Shown here one piece after another: positions 1 through 14,729 of a DNA stretch of 64,000 bases (positions are counted from its first letter, which is position 1; each line of letters opens with the position of its first letter). Under the pieces are notes generated by a model, which saw only the letters and a program-made list of their open reading frames with translations, was not told the origin of the DNA and ran no database searches. Position numbers and translations under genes: made by a program. This DNA is from Octopus sinensis. Its lineage: Eukaryota. The stretch covers positions 72,292,001-72,356,000 of the forward strand of contig NC_043006.1 of assembly GCF_006345805.1 (NCBI RefSeq), given 5' to 3'.

Positions 1-293
1 AAAAGATTTTACTAAATGTTCTTTATTTTCAACTTTTGTCTTGTACTTGAGATAATCATAAATATGTAATTGTTGAATGAAATAGATGGGTAGCATCTTG
101 GTGAATAGATCATATTCTACAGGTCTATAAATAGATTCGGCAGATAGTGGGGCGGTCAGCCATAGAGACAAAAGAATCTTCGCACCCTTTGGATCAGCAG
201 AAGTCAAATGTGTTTACTACTACCAGTGACCACTGAGAGCGCTGCCTTGAAAAGAAGCAATTCACCTGTTCTATTTATAATTACTGGTAGAAA

Positions 294-300
<7 letters not shown>

Positions 301-370
<70 letters not shown>

Positions 371-470
371 TATATATATAATATATATATATATACATAC
401 ATACATACATACATATATACATACATACATATATGTATATATATATGTGTGTGTGTGTGTATACACACAT
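301..470. repeat. (AT)n/(ATAC)n/(GT)n compound microsatellite
   Basis: Direct reading; explains ORFs 204..470, 271..516 and 281..466. Confidence 0.97.
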
Positions 471-902
471 ATATACTGATATTCACGTCGTTGAATTTTT
501 GAATTTCTGAATTCATTTGTGTTGTTGCAATAAAAGGTGTGTTTACGTATTTGGCTAATAAATTAAATTTTTAAAGTTTTTTTGAGATGTTCGTTTGTCT
601 GTCCAGTTGGAGAATTGGAGAATACTGTAGGACTTTTGCGATGAAAAGGATGTTTACACGTTCGAATACTCAAGGAGAGTCAAAAAGAAAAGAAAACGAG
701 TTGTAGATAGTAAAGTTTTAAGATTTACTAAATATGGTCATGTATGTATGTATTCATGTATATAAGTATGTATGCATGTATGGTATAGTTTGTATGCATT
801 CATACATGTATCCATGTACGTATGCATGCATGCATGCATACATGTACACATGTATGTATGTATGTGTGCATGTATGTGTATGTATGTATGTGTATGTATG
901 TG

Positions 903-1212
903 ACGGCGCATGGCTTAGTGGTTAGGGTATTCGGCTCACGATCGTAAGGTCGTGAGTTCAGTTCCCAGTGACGCGTTGAGTCCTTGAGCAAGACACTTTA
1001 TTTTACGTTGCTTCAGTCCACTCAGCTGGCAAAAATGAGTAGTACCTGTATTTCAAAGGCCCAGCCTTGTCACACGCTGAATCTCCCTGAGAGCTACGTT
1101 AAGGGTACACGTGTCTGTGGAGTGCTCAGCCACTTACACGTTATGGTCACGAGCAAGCTGTTCTGTTGATCAAATCATTTGGGACCTTCATCGTAATCGA
1201 CGGAGTGCTTCT
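903..1212 (+). mobile_element. tRNA-derived SINE
   Basis: A-box TGGCTTAGTGG and B-box-like GAGTTCAGTTCCC, followed by the CCTTGAGCAAGACACTT...CCACTCAGCTG core; embedded between (TATG)n tracts. Confidence 0.85.
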
Positions 1213-1489
1213 CATGTATGTGTATGTATATGTGTATGTATGTATGTATACATACATGTATGCATGTATATGTATGTATCTATGTATGCATGAGTCTATG
1301 TATGTATGTATGTATGTATGTATGTATGTATGTATGTATGTATGTATGTATGTATGTATGTATGTATGTATCAACCGGTATGTATTTATAAACAACGATG
1401 CGATACAAAAGAAAAGATTCAAAGAAATCCTTGAGAACTGCAACCGATACTCAAACCAGTAGACAAATAAAGTTTATTAAAGTTTTCAA

Positions 1490-2573
<1,084 letters not shown>

Positions 2574-2639
2574 CTGGAAACAAAATTGAAAGGAGAAAAC
2601 TCAATAATTCTTTCTACAATAGGCACAAGACATAGAGTC

Positions 2640-2815
2640 TTGGGGGATGAGGTTAAATAATTAAGCGACCCCAGTGTTCAACTGGTACTTATTTTATCGA
2701 CTCCGAAAGGATGAAATGCAAGGAGAACCTCAACGGAATTTGATCTCAGAACATAAAGACGGACGAAATTCGTTGAACATTGTTTCCGGCGCGCCATCGA
2801 TTCTGCCAGATTGCC
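2640..2815 (-). mobile_element. tRNA-derived SINE (GAGGTCGACTTTGCC family); partial second copy at 2868-2955
   Basis: Reverse complement matches the copies at 5323, 12945, 34698 and 35452. Confidence 0.8.
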
Positions 2816-3099
2816 AATAATAATAATCCTTTCTGCTATAGGTTCAAGGCCTGAAATTTGGGTGGGGGGAAGGGGTAAGTCGATTACATCGATCCCAGTG
2901 AATGACTGGTACCTATTTTATCGGCCTCGAAAGGATGAAAGGCAAAGCCACCAAGTGTTGTTTATAATCCTATTGGGTATATACAAGTATCATGTAATCT
3001 CACGCAATCGGATTATTAAAAATGTGTCATTTATCATTCATTGGGTAAAAAATCAGATATTGTAGTCATGAAATACTAAACTATATTACTAATTATACT

Positions 3100-5150
3100 T
3101 TTGATGCAGAGTTGTTCGTGACGATTTTGTATATTTAAGTCTTTATTAGTCACTAATTTTTCAGTGTATTTTATTTTCCTACGATCAACGTTTAATATCC
3201 TGTCACCAACAGCGCTGGCTCTGAAGTATTGTTTTACTACTGTTTTCATGTGTTATTTTCTTGTTAATGGTCGTTCCTAGTGTACCAATAAAGAGACACC
3301 TCAACTTACGTCGTTTCGAGTTACATTACGCTGTTTTTTTTTTATGGGAAAAATAGACTTTCAATTCCAGTCTATTTATCCGGCTTATTTATCTCACTCA
3401 ACAAACATTTAAAAGCATAAAATTATATATATAAAAAAAAACAATACTAAAGTAGACATCAATTAAACATGTGAAAAACCATTTAATACATTTTTTTTGA
3501 AAATGTTTTTTCGTGTTATGTCATTTTTCGAGTTAAGTTGAATTTCTTGGAACCAATTGTCGACGTAAGTTGAGTACACTTCAGATGCAGAGTTATATGT
3601 GACAATTTTGAATATTTATTTCTTTATTGATCATAATTTGTTAATAAATGTGTTTTATTTTCCTAAGTTCAACGTTTAATATCCTGTTACCAGCAGTGCT
3701 GGTTCTGAAGTCAATTATCAAGATACATTTCATATCTTGGTAATTGATACGTTTTCTTTTGTAATAATTTTCTGCTGAATTCATGTACTGTTTTCACTGT
3801 CAATAGATTCAACAGGATTTTCATCTACGATGGTAGTTTGTTGTTATAAAATGCTTTTGTTTACTTTTATAAATTATGGCTATATTGTTATTAAAAAGAT
3901 TTTTCCAGTGTCATAGTTGCAGCTTTCTAACTTTTTTTTTCCCAACTATACTGTAGCTCCTTTTTCCCTTTCTATAAAATGTAGCATGTCTCTACTCTAT
4001 TTTCTTCGGTTAGTAACTCTTTCTTGGCTATTTTACTCACACTCTTAACCTGTCTTTTAACTTTCACATGCTTTTGAAACGGATTTAAATTGATTAGTAA
4101 ACATTATATTGATGATGTTGTAGTCAGCTGGTGTGACGATAATAATTTATTTGTTATAATTGCATGTTGTAAGACGTGAAAGATGAACAATGCATGATGT
4201 TTTAAGAAAATGTTTATTTACCGTTGCATTGCAATACCTTGCCTCGACGGGCAGGTTGTGATAAATCCAAAAGCATGCGAAAGAAAGTTAGATGCGGTAG
4301 AATGTTTCTTTACATAGTTTGGCGTATACGAATAGTTAGTTGTAATCCACAGACAGCGATAGAAGAATGTTGTAAGAGAACAAAATTAGAGCTAGAGAGA
4401 AGTGTTGGGATTTGTCTGACAGTAGACTTCATTTCTCTCGCTTACCATTATCTTTAGTAGCTGCATTCCTTGTGATCATGATTCTAGCAGTCCGTTCCCT
4501 AACTAATTGAGTCGTCCCGATGTGACTGAACTCGTTGAGTCGTCACCAACTGGTGAAGAACTGATTTTTGCTTGGGGTGTGCTTGCTTATATAAAGTTCC
4601 AGAAGGATAGATATATCATTGAGAACAATAGATTTAGTTGGTGGTCTTGTTATCTCTATTCTAGCTTTTGGTGAAGTAGAAGAGGTTAGAAAGGGTCAAG
4701 TGGTGAAGACATTATTTCGGCCTAGCTAAAGGCATCTGGAAAATGCAAATACTGCTGTCAGAGAAAAGCCATTGTTCCATCGTGGGAAAAGTTCTGTAGC
4801 AGTGTTAATTTAAATTTTGCTATGGTGGATAGAATCCACTTCACGCATGCAAGATTCACTACACATTCATTCAGATACTTGTTCCTGTTAGATCAATTAG
4901 ATTATTGTCACTTGCATACTTTCAGATACATGACTGACTGTCTCTTTCAGCAGCTATTATCAATCTTTTGACGCTTTATCACAGAACTCCATTTTATCGC
5001 TGATCGAAACGTCTCTTATTACATGCCTAATAGTCAGATGCAGCAGATTATTGATAAAATTGTATGATTATGTTTTCATTGGTTATTTGCAGCCTATTGG
5101 ATTGTTTCTATTTGGCGCGCTCAGTGTTCGACGAACAACTTGCCGGGGCC
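3100..5150 (-). pseudogene. Highly decayed APE-type LINE (endonuclease and pre-RT remnants), including a ~125-bp internal duplication (3103-3227 / 3584-3711)
   Basis: Broken minus-strand peptides TTQLVRERTAR, FITTCPSR, SSHQL, KHVKVKRQVKSVSKIAKKE. The duplicated block encodes FRASAVGDRILNV / FRTSTAGNRILNV. Confidence 0.3.
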
Positions 5151-5322
5151 TGTTTTTTCTATTGAGGAAACAGCTTTTTGCCATTTATTCAGCAGAACCG
5201 GAATTAATTGTTCAGGGATTCTACATTTCGAACTCTCAAATTAACGCCACCACCCCACACACACAGATACACACGCGCGCACACACAGTGAAACGAACGT
5301 GCTTACATATATGTTAATACGC

Positions 5323-5478
5323 CAGACAAAATGGTTGGCGGCATTTCTTCCTGCTTCATGTTCTGAGTTCAAACTTCCACCGAGGTCGACTTTGTCTTTT
5401 ATGTTTTCGAGGTCGTTAAAGTAATCGACTAGCTTCCTCTACCAAAATTCTTTGCCTTATGCCAATAGCAGAAAGAAA
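5323..5478 (+). mobile_element. tRNA-derived SINE (GAGGTCGACTTTG family), degenerate
   Basis: GTTCTGAGTTCAAAC...CGAGGTCGACTTTG motif. Confidence 0.75.
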
Positions 5479-5539
5479 ATTTTTTTCACAGACATTTGTC
5501 TTGCTACAATCCATCGCATCGACACTATAAACAAATATA

Positions 5540-6445
5540 ACTCTTATTCTGTGATCAAGCACCTTTTATTAGCTGTTGTTCATTATGTTTGAGCTGCAAT
5601 ATCAATCAAAAGACATGTATTTCAACATGATTTTTCTCAGTGATATCTGGTTGGTTCAGCGTTGAATTAACCCTTAAGCAAAATAAGCACATGCTTAGGA
5701 CATCAAGGGAAAGTAGGGCACCACAGAAATGGTAAATGGTTTACGGTACAAAAGAAATCACTTTAAACTTGCTAAAATAATATTCGAGATCCCTTTATCT
5801 CTATCAAGTATAGATGCAGATGTGTTACCTAAGATTAATTTTGGGGGTCTGATCAAAGACTGCAATTCAAAAAAGTAGGAAATTTTTCAAATGTACATAA
5901 AGTGGAAGTATACAAAAAATAAACATTATTTTTCCTTTTCCAATTTTATTTCGTTTTGAAAAATATAAATGTATATCATGGTTTGTTATTGTTTATATTT
6001 TGAACTGCATAATCTTTTATAAGGGTACCATGATCTTTTAAGTGCTTAGGGCTTCGATGGTCTTAATCCGGCTCTTGGTTGGTTAGCTTGCATTTCCCGA
6101 TCAGTATGAACACTGATATCCCAAAGGATGCTAACCTCAACATTATGCACAACTTGTGTTAGTTTGTGTTCTCTTTATAAGAGAGGTTCCATGTACGACA
6201 TTTTGACCAGTGTATGTACTGAGCTACCCCGTCATGTCTTTGCAAGTGCTCTGTTGTACTCTGAATGTTAGTCGGCTGCATTCAGAGATTATGCGATATG
6301 CGGCAGGATGAGTTGTTTCAGAACACTACGCTAGTAATTTCTAGTTGGAAGAGATTGATCGTGAGCAGCAATGATATACCCCACAGTTTCTGTTTTTTGA
6401 GACGAGAGTATGCCAGCCACTGATCGATAAAGCTTTGGTCTTCAT
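5540..6445 (-). mobile_element. Decayed Dong/R4-like RLE retrotransposon 3' fragment, interrupted by a hAT-type MITE
   Basis: Minus-strand peptides QWLAYSRL, GYIIAAHDQSLPTRNY, EHLQRHDGVAQYIHW, ILWDISVHTDREMQANQP; after the insert, PDIT and TCLLIDIA. Confidence 0.8.
5657..6076 (-). mobile_element. Non-autonomous hAT-like element (~420 bp)
   Basis: Imperfect ~14-bp TIRs (CAGCGTTGAATTAA / TTAATCCGGCTCTT), perfect 8-bp TSD GGTTGGTT (5649-5656, 6077-6084); same family as 19357-19764. Confidence 0.85.
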
Positions 6446-6979
6446 CAGGATTCCTAATATTTTGAAACTGACCTATTTTCTCTTACATTTCAGACAGATT
6501 CAGCGCTGAGTTGCTGAAGCAGAAATATCGTTGTAGCAAATATTCTGCTCAATAACACTGAACTGCATGTTAGTTGTTTAACCTTAACTACTTGAGCTTG
6601 TCCCTTAGTGGCTGACAATATGTGTGTCTCTAATCATCAGCAGGAGTAGTGGGGGAGTATCATAACCATGTGTTAAGAAGGATTCTTTGGGGTTCGAATA
6701 AATGTAATAAAGGTAAAGTTTGAAAGAAATATTAGCCATTTTTCATGTTTTCTAGGGGTTAGCAAATAGGAAATAGTAGTTGATACCCAAGGATAAAAAT
6801 CGTGTTACTCAGTATAATCAAACTAATGTACATGTGGGTGAGAGAATGTCGTCACTTCCGGTTCCTATCGCAATTTACTCGCATTTTTTAAAGATAATTT
6901 ACTTTCAGTTTTCGGTCAATTTTAGGCTAGTCCACATCACTCAGTGAGAAGCATAAGGTCGGTTTACCGGTTTCTCTGG

Positions 6980-7260
<281 letters not shown>

Positions 7261-7261
7261 T

Positions 7262-7540
7262 AGCTACATGCATATATGGGTACAGGACATAAAAAAACGT
7301 TGAACACAATGAGAAACGAAAACATAGAAAACGAACATTTTTTTCGAACAACGATAAAAACAAACAGAGAAACGAGACATGCAATATAAAGAATATTCTC
7401 CTTCATCAGTTGTCCCTGTTTCATCTACTCCGCGTTCGAAGGTAAGGGCAAGACGCAACTTCATTGAAACAATCCTTCCCGTAAAGCAAATTAAATAAAA
7501 TTTGGGATATTTTGAGGAGGGTGAAAGTGTTAACAAGAAC
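7262..7540 (-). mobile_element. Interspersed repeat, probably a Penelope-like 3' end or terminal-repeat remnant
   Basis: Reverse complement aligns by eye with 20255-20530 (CCCAAATTTTATTTAATTTGCTTT...GGGACAACTGA.GAAGG...GTCCTGTACCCATATATGC). The Penelope assignment is an inference. Confidence 0.55.
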
Positions 7541-7651
7541 AGGGCAGTGAGAACAAGACAGTAAAAACAAACGGTGAGGGTTGTTGAGCCAAGACGATAG
7601 AAAAATTATTATGAACGCTAGCAATATATATATATATATATATATATATAT

Positions 7652-7830
7652 TCCTCCCTGGACGGGAAACCAATCTGTGTCAGGGTTACTCAATTTAACC
7701 AGTTGAGTGGACTGGAGCAACGTGAAATGTAGTGTTTTGGTCAAGGATCAAGGACATAACCTTAGTCCGGTCCAGGAATTGAATGCGTAATCTTGTCCAA
7801 CTCCCTAACCACTAAGCCATGCGCCTCCAC
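7652..7830 (-). mobile_element. tRNA-derived SINE, degenerate
   Basis: Head GTGGAGGCGCATGGCTTAGTGGTTAG on the minus strand. Confidence 0.75.
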
Positions 7831-8159
7831 AATTTAGGTAAATTTACTTACCCTTTTTTACACCCCTAAACTGCATGTTAACCAACAACGCCAGATGTAC
7901 AGTGACGAACTGAAAAGTGTTTCAGTAACAAGATTTGAATTCTGCTTTGTAGCATTTTAATGGAGTTCTCACTCCAGCAGCTTTAGAGTCAACTTGATGT
8001 GCAGTTAACGAAGATGTGGAACTAGATTAGCCGTCTCCATCGAGGAAAACAAAATGCTAATTTTTGTCTTTGTCTTACACTTTTGACAGCAACCGGATAA
8101 CAGAAACATTAAGCTGCAGCAATATATAACTAGAATGAGGGACGGGATTTTATGTGCTT

Positions 8160-8176
8160 GTGTGTGTGTGTGTACA

Positions 8177-8215
<39 letters not shown>

Positions 8216-8286
8216 TATTATATATATATATATATATATACTATATATATACATACATATATACATATACATATATATATATATTA

Positions 8287-8331
<45 letters not shown>

Positions 8332-8470
8332 GTATATATATATATATATCATATATATATATATACATATATACATATACATATATATATATATATATAT
8401 ATATCTATATATATATATATATATACATACATATATACATATACATATATATATATATACATACATATAC

Positions 8471-8513
<43 letters not shown>

Positions 8514-8694
8514 GTATATATATACATACATATACATATACATATATAATATATATACATACATATACATATATATATATATATATATATGTATATGTAT
8601 GTATATATATATATACGTATATATATATGTATATGTATGTATTATATATACGTATATATATATATATAAATGTGTGTGTGTATATATACATATG

Positions 8695-8752
<58 letters not shown>

Positions 8753-8830
8753 TGTATGTATGTATGTATGTATGTGTGTGTATGCATTCTCTTGTTACAC
8801 ATACACACATATATATATAGATATATATAT
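8160..8830. repeat. ~670-bp compound (AT)n/(ATAC)n/(TATG)n microsatellite
   Basis: Direct reading; source of ORFs 8150-8932. Confidence 0.97.
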
Positions 8831-9024
8831 GAGAGAGAGGGGAGAGAGAGACTGAGGAAGGCAGAAAGAAAGAGAGGGTGGAAAGAGAAGATTAAACATT
8901 TAATTCGGCGATTTAAGTTTAACATTTCCTGAGAAATCTGACGTGTTGATAAGTGTACGTTTACTAACGTCGATTAATAACGGTTTCATATAGGGATTTT
9001 TCCTATTCCAAATGTAATGGTGAT

Positions 9025-9310
9025 ACTGGTAGTGGTGGTGGTGGTGGTGGTGGTGGTGGCGGTAGTGTTGCTGGAGGTGATGATGGTGGTGGTGGATGTA
9101 ATAAAATTAGTGGTGAAGCTAACGGTTGAAGAGCATGTTCATGATTCTGCATTGTTTTAAACTACAATGATATGAATAGTATTACTGAAGGTGACTGTGC
9201 TATAACTGACGTTGATTATTATACCAGTGGTGGTGGTGGTGGTGGTTGTATAAGTGATAGTAGTTGTGGTAGCACGGTTTGACAATGTCGATGATGATAA
9301 TGCTGATGGT
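9025..9310. repeat. Degenerate (GGT)n/(GAT)n low-complexity tract
   Basis: Direct reading. Confidence 0.85.
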
Positions 9311-12300
9311 TGTAACGATAGATGTTAGTATTATTAATGTTCTCAATAGAAAGTTAGAAGTAATGATTAACTATTGTGCCCCCTATCCTTTGATTTTGTT
9401 TCGTCATAACTTCCAGAAAAAATAGATATTTTTTAATGAAATTTTCTACAAAAATGTTTCAGATGGTGTAGATCTTGATTATATCAAGATTTGTGGAGTG
9501 AACAAATTTCCGACGGTGAGATGAGTAGTTTCGGAATTTGTTTCCTCACATCTTTAAGGAAAATGGGTATTTTTTAATGAAATGGGTGTTTTTTAATGAA
9601 ATTTTCTACAAATACCTTACGTATAGATTACGATTATATCCTTATTTATTATTATGATAGTTGACTTCAACTCCATTTCCGATCGCATGTAAATTATGAG
9701 TTTATCGTCCGTGCAAATCCCATTTCAGCGAATCAGAACTAATTGTTCGCGTGATAAGTTTTAGTATTTTCTTTCAACTAAAACCTTATAAACTGAAAGT
9801 TTTAGCGCGAAAAGCCCGAGGGAACTGGGACCCCGTTCGTTACAATCCCAGTTGAATTCCTCACTCAAAGCCGTTTTCACAGCTTCATACTCAGACCAGC
9901 GTGATTCTCCTAATAGCTGTTTTCATATCGCCATACTCAACTCGGAGATGGATGAAGAATCAACGCAGTCATATTTTTGCAGCGAAGTGAAAGATCAGCT
10001 TAATCATCAATTATCTGTTGAAGACCTCCAGCGTCTGTGAAACACGATGGTGATATAAGACTGGCTCTGTATGTATTTTCATGAAGCCTTGTAAAAAAAA
10101 AATTTTGCCATGATCAATGCTACAATATGAAAAAGAACATTAGTGGACTCATAAACTCATATATTGACATGCATCACATTGTTTGTTTTTTTTAGAAATT
10201 TCAAGTTTCATTTTGTAGCTGCATGTGATGTGTGTCAGTATGTATCTGTACGAGCCCACCAATAGTTTTTCCTACCAAATTCCGATATAGTCGTAATTTA
10301 GACACTCTGAAAGGTATTTATAGAAAATTTCATTAAAAAATAACTCATTTCTATAGACGTTATGAGGAAACAAAGTCGAGGAAGACGCTTGTGTGAGTAT
10401 ACCTCCTATTGGTAGTGATGGTGAATGCAGGTGGGGATCTTTTCGATTGCTTTCGTATTTAAAAAATTTTGATTCAATTATTTTCAAATTTGGTTATACT
10501 GATTTAGTTTTGTATGCTTATTATGAGAATGAAATTCACTTTTGTCATACATTAATAAATAAAAAGTTAACAGCTTTGAAATTTTGCAAATTTTGGGTAA
10601 GTTTAGTCAATCGAAATCCACCATTATGCACACGACTGTAACTCTCACATTGATATCTTGCTTCCATACAAAGTTGTAGTCTGCCCTGTTTTCATTGTAA
10701 CAAGGACGCTGCCTTTCGCTACTGAGACACACTCACTACCGGCAACCACCACCGCAATTTAACGAGCGATATCACTTTGTGCCTCTATTATTTCTCGCCG
10801 TCATTTTATGACAATCAGCTATCATACAGGAAATGTGCGGCTTCCGATTTCTCTTTTCTGATTGGACTAAAAATGATCAAACTTTGAACTTCTATCACAA
10901 TTTCCTAAATTTTTCTGGGAATAAATGAATCTCCAATTCGGATTTAGCGTCTTCCTCGACTTTGTTTCTTCATAACTTCCATAAAAATGGGTATTTTTGT
11001 AAAGAGATCAATAAACCAAATTTGTAAGTTTTGACTTGATTTTAAAATGTCCTTATCTGAGACAACAGCCGAAAATATCAGCTGGTGATAGAGCTACTTG
11101 CAGTTCTTGTAGTAGTAGTAGTAGTAGTAGTAGTAGAGTTGAAGGTGTTATGTAGTAGCACCAGTCATTCCTGATTTAGCAGACCTATGATTTCGACCAC
11201 AACACATCTTTATATATAATGATCTGCATTGTAAAATGTGCACTTCATACTTTAAGGCGATAATATGTGATTCGGGAGAGATATGAGTGCTATTTCTTGC
11301 AGATCGAACACAAACGTTAGCTCTGTACTAAAATCATAAACACATTGTGTGTATTAAAACAAATATTTGTTCATGATTACATATAATTATCATATTTAGT
11401 GTCGCTGTGAATTTATGACTATATTACGATGCATTGGTGCTTTAAATATGAATAAAAATCTAACAGCCCCAACTCTGTTCTCTTTTCTGATTTTTAGACG
11501 TTATGGCGTAGTTTAAAGAAAATCTGGCTCCTATTCCTAGCAGGTAGAGAGATCATGTAAAGGTTTCGTTCTTGTTGTCTTATCTTGTTTTTGATTGTTA
11601 AAATTGCATACTTTAAATGCTTGTAGCTTCTTTATTATCATTTTCTGAAAATGCAATTTTCGTCATAAGCATGAAAAAACTACATCAGAACAACATTTTT
11701 CCAAAAATAATCTTGTGAAAATTTGAAAAACTGCAATAGCGCCTGACGTCTCCCTTGCCACATCTTGATTGTCTTTGCCACATCCCGATATGATAATCAG
11801 GAGGAGAGCGACAGAATAATAACAGCAAAGAGCTATTCATTAAATAACGAGTAATCATAAACCAAAAGCAAATTCTATAAAAGTATTTTGAAGTTTGCCT
11901 GTACCATTGATATTCAAATGCAAATAATCAGTTTTAAACACTTTTGAAAAAAATGTTGTTTCTTTTTTCGTTTTTGTATTTGGTTTGCAAGATTCTTGCT
12001 GAAATAAATCTTGTTGTGTCTTGGAAGAGTCATCTCAGATTAGACCTTGGAGAGATAGAAATCACTAAGCCACTAGAAAGGTTGCGAGCGGCGACGAAAG
12101 AGCTTTGACTTACAAACAACCGATTGATTGTTTAACCAACACATTAAATAAATGATCGATTAGTTAGTTGGTTCGATATCTAATCAATTGACTGACAATA
12201 GAGAAGTGGAATTGGACTAGCTCGTGTTATTATTATTGGCGTAATGATTCTCCCAAGACACAAGAAATATTAGAAATATTATTATTTCTAAGTCTTTCTA

Positions 12301-12944
12301 AAGGAGGCTACGGCAGCGGTACTGGATATTAATAGTTATCGCCAAGTTAATATGGCAGTCCAGAAATATAGGACGAATGCTGCCGTTTATTACCTCCAAA
12401 GGGCCATAGCCTCTAGCTAGCTATGTGACACATGATTTTATACATATAATAAATTTGGCCATGATGAATTTTTAAAGGCCAATTCTATAAACTTATTTAA
12501 TTTTAGAATATTTCTGAATGTTTTTTAATATTTTTTTTGTTTTTTTTTTGTAATTTCGAATAAGTAATTATGCCAAAATAAAGAATTATATTTTGATATA
12601 AAGTAATAAAAAAAAAATTTTTTAAACATGTTATTTTTAAATCTTGGGGAAGAATGTACATCTAATGGGCACTTACTTTTTAGAATAAGCATTTAGTTCC
12701 CGTTAGTATGCTCTAAATTCCTTAGAATAAATTTAAATATTTAAAAAAATTACTTTTTACTATGCCGAAATTTGTTTCAGATTCATATTAATACCCATAT
12801 GGACTTTGGTGTTTTAGTACGAAAGAATAAAATAAATATTAGTCAACAAAATATTTATCCTCTTTGGACTCCAGGTACACAAAAAATTTAACATTTATCG
12901 ATATAAGAATTACAATCTCTAAAATTTGTGATATAGAAAATTCA

Positions 12945-13078
12945 AATACCGCCGAGGTCGACTTTGCCTTTCATTCTTTCGGGATCGATAAAATAAGTAC
13001 CAGTTAAACACTCGGGTCGATGTAATCGACTTACTCCCTGCTCCAAACTTGCTTGTCTTGTACCAAAATTTGAAACCA
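12945..13078 (+). mobile_element. SINE 3' half (GAGGTCGACTTTGCC family)
   Basis: CCGAGGTCGACTTTGCCTTTCAT...GTACCAGTT motif. Confidence 0.8.
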
Positions 13079-13099
13079 ACATATATGCAGTATTATTAG

Positions 13100-13455
13100 C
13101 TTCATCATCATCATCCGTTTTCCATACTGGCATGAGTTGGGCGGTTTGATTGAAAGCTGGGGAACTGTACCAGGTTTTAAACTGATAAGGCAAGGTTTCT
13201 ACAGCTGGATGTCCTTCCTAACACCAACCACTCCAAGAGTGTATTGGGTGCTTTTTACGTTCCACCGTCACAAGTGCCATTGACCTGACACCGACTTCAA
13301 CCACGACTACGGTCTCACTTGGTTTGACAGGTCTACACAGCACGGTATATCGCCAAAGGTCTAGTACACCTATCACTGCCTCCATGAGGTCCCATGCTCG
13401 TACGGTGCTGTTTTACGTGCCACTGGCACGAGTGCCAGTCAGACGGCAGTGGCTT
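13100..13455 (-). mobile_element. RTE-type 3' tail fragment
   Basis: Reverse complement contains GGAGTGGTTGGTGTTAGGAAGGACATCCAGCTGTAGAAAC and a (GAT)n tail, as at the 3' ends of the RTE copies (29200-29360, 56110-56280). Confidence 0.75.
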
Positions 13456-13683
13456 AAATTCATTATTTTTACAGCATCAAACAGAATTAGAGGTTATAGA
13501 AGTAAATCCATTTTTTGCTCTCAAAAGTTCACATTAGGGAATATATTTTATGCCTGGATATAATTTATTCTACTGTGTGAATTTGTACCTACTATTTGTC
13601 GATGGATGCTATCTACTGTTTCACCTTTTTCTACATAGCGCTTGAAAGTGATATAATTTTCGGCTGGATACACAGGTAGCTTT

Positions 13684-13981
13684 CGTTCCTTCTCGAGCCT
13701 CGCCTGGCTCATAAGGGTCGGTTTCCCAGTTTCCTTGGTGTATAGGTTCCCCACCTGGACGGGACGCCGGTGCGTCGCAGGTGAGCTGCAAGATGCAGGA
13801 GGAAAGAGTGAGAGAAAGTTGTGGTGAAAGAGTCAGTAGAAGTTCGCCATTACCTTCTGCCGGAGCCGCGTTGGAGCCTAGGTGTTTCGCTCATAAACAC
13901 ACACATTGCCCGGTCTGAGATTCGAACCTGCGATCCCTCGACCACGAGTCCACTGCTCTAACCACTAGACCATGTGCCTCC
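13684..13981 (-). mobile_element. Intact young tRNA-derived SINE (298 bp)
   Basis: A-box TGGTCTAGTGG, B-box GGTTCGAATC; perfect 14-bp TSD ACACAGGTAGCTTT at 13670-13683 and 13982-13995. Confidence 0.92.
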
Positions 13982-14376
13982 ACACAGGTAGCTTTGCAGT
14001 ATAGCTTCATTGTTGAATCAATAACCAATGGCTCGTCATACATCTAGTCAGGGCATCCATTTTCTATAGTTAATCAAACCAAATTTGTTTTTCCCAAAAC
14101 ACGAACTTCCAAATAGCGATACAGATGCGTGATCGTTGGTGGGATTATGTATTGGACAAAGTGTTCATAGGTTCAAATCTCCATTTCAAGTCGACCCAGT
14201 TTATCTAGATATTGGTATTTGGTGCCAAACTTTTGGCAATGCCGTCATAGATTGCTTCGTACCATAAAAACTGAAGCTAAGCATGGTCTTCCCAAGAAAC
14301 CTGTAGAGTTGTGAAGACATTTAGTTTATGTGTGTGTGTGTATAAATACATACATACATACATATATATATATATA

Positions 14377-14445
<69 letters not shown>

Positions 14446-14477
14446 ATATATATATATATACATGTATATATATATAC

Positions 14478-14511
<34 letters not shown>

Positions 14512-14600
14512 TGTGCATAACAGACGAATGCAGTTTAAATTTGTGACAATTGTTTTGTGAGAAATCTTTAATTAATATAGTCATAATAAAATACAATATA

Positions 14601-14729
14601 CATTACGTAGATTTCCCAACTCATCAGGCAAACTTAAACATAGTCAACCTTCGACTGGTATATACAGGCCAGTGATAGGAGATTGACTATGTTTGCATTC
14701 GCCGGATGAGCCGGGAAGTCTACGTAATG
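14601..14729. mobile_element. 129-bp hairpin MITE with TA TSD (Tc1/mariner type)
   Basis: TIRs CATTACGTAGATTTCCCAACTCATCAGGC / GCCGGATGAGCCGGGAAGTCTACGTAATG, inner IR AAACATAGTCAA / TTGACTATGTTT, TA on both flanks. Confidence 0.8.

Noticed and set aside
903-975. tRNA-like sequences (also ~13910-13981, ~17390-17460, ~58360-58430)
   Set aside because: No complete cloverleaf or acceptor stem; each continues into a SINE body, and one has a TSD.
6425-6450. CTGATGA motifs on the minus strand here and at ~14621, ~21345 and ~35095
   Set aside because: No correctly placed stem II plus GAAA; they fall in Dong coding sequence, a MITE TIR or one copy of a duplication.
11606-11650. Other splice-bounded mini-ORFs (minus 11612-11644 and ~15770-15855; plus ~6494, ~17074-17132, 36331-36356, 47912-48000)
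   Set aside because: No recognisable protein and no consistent strand or phase chain; the last may be a Tc1-like HTH relic.
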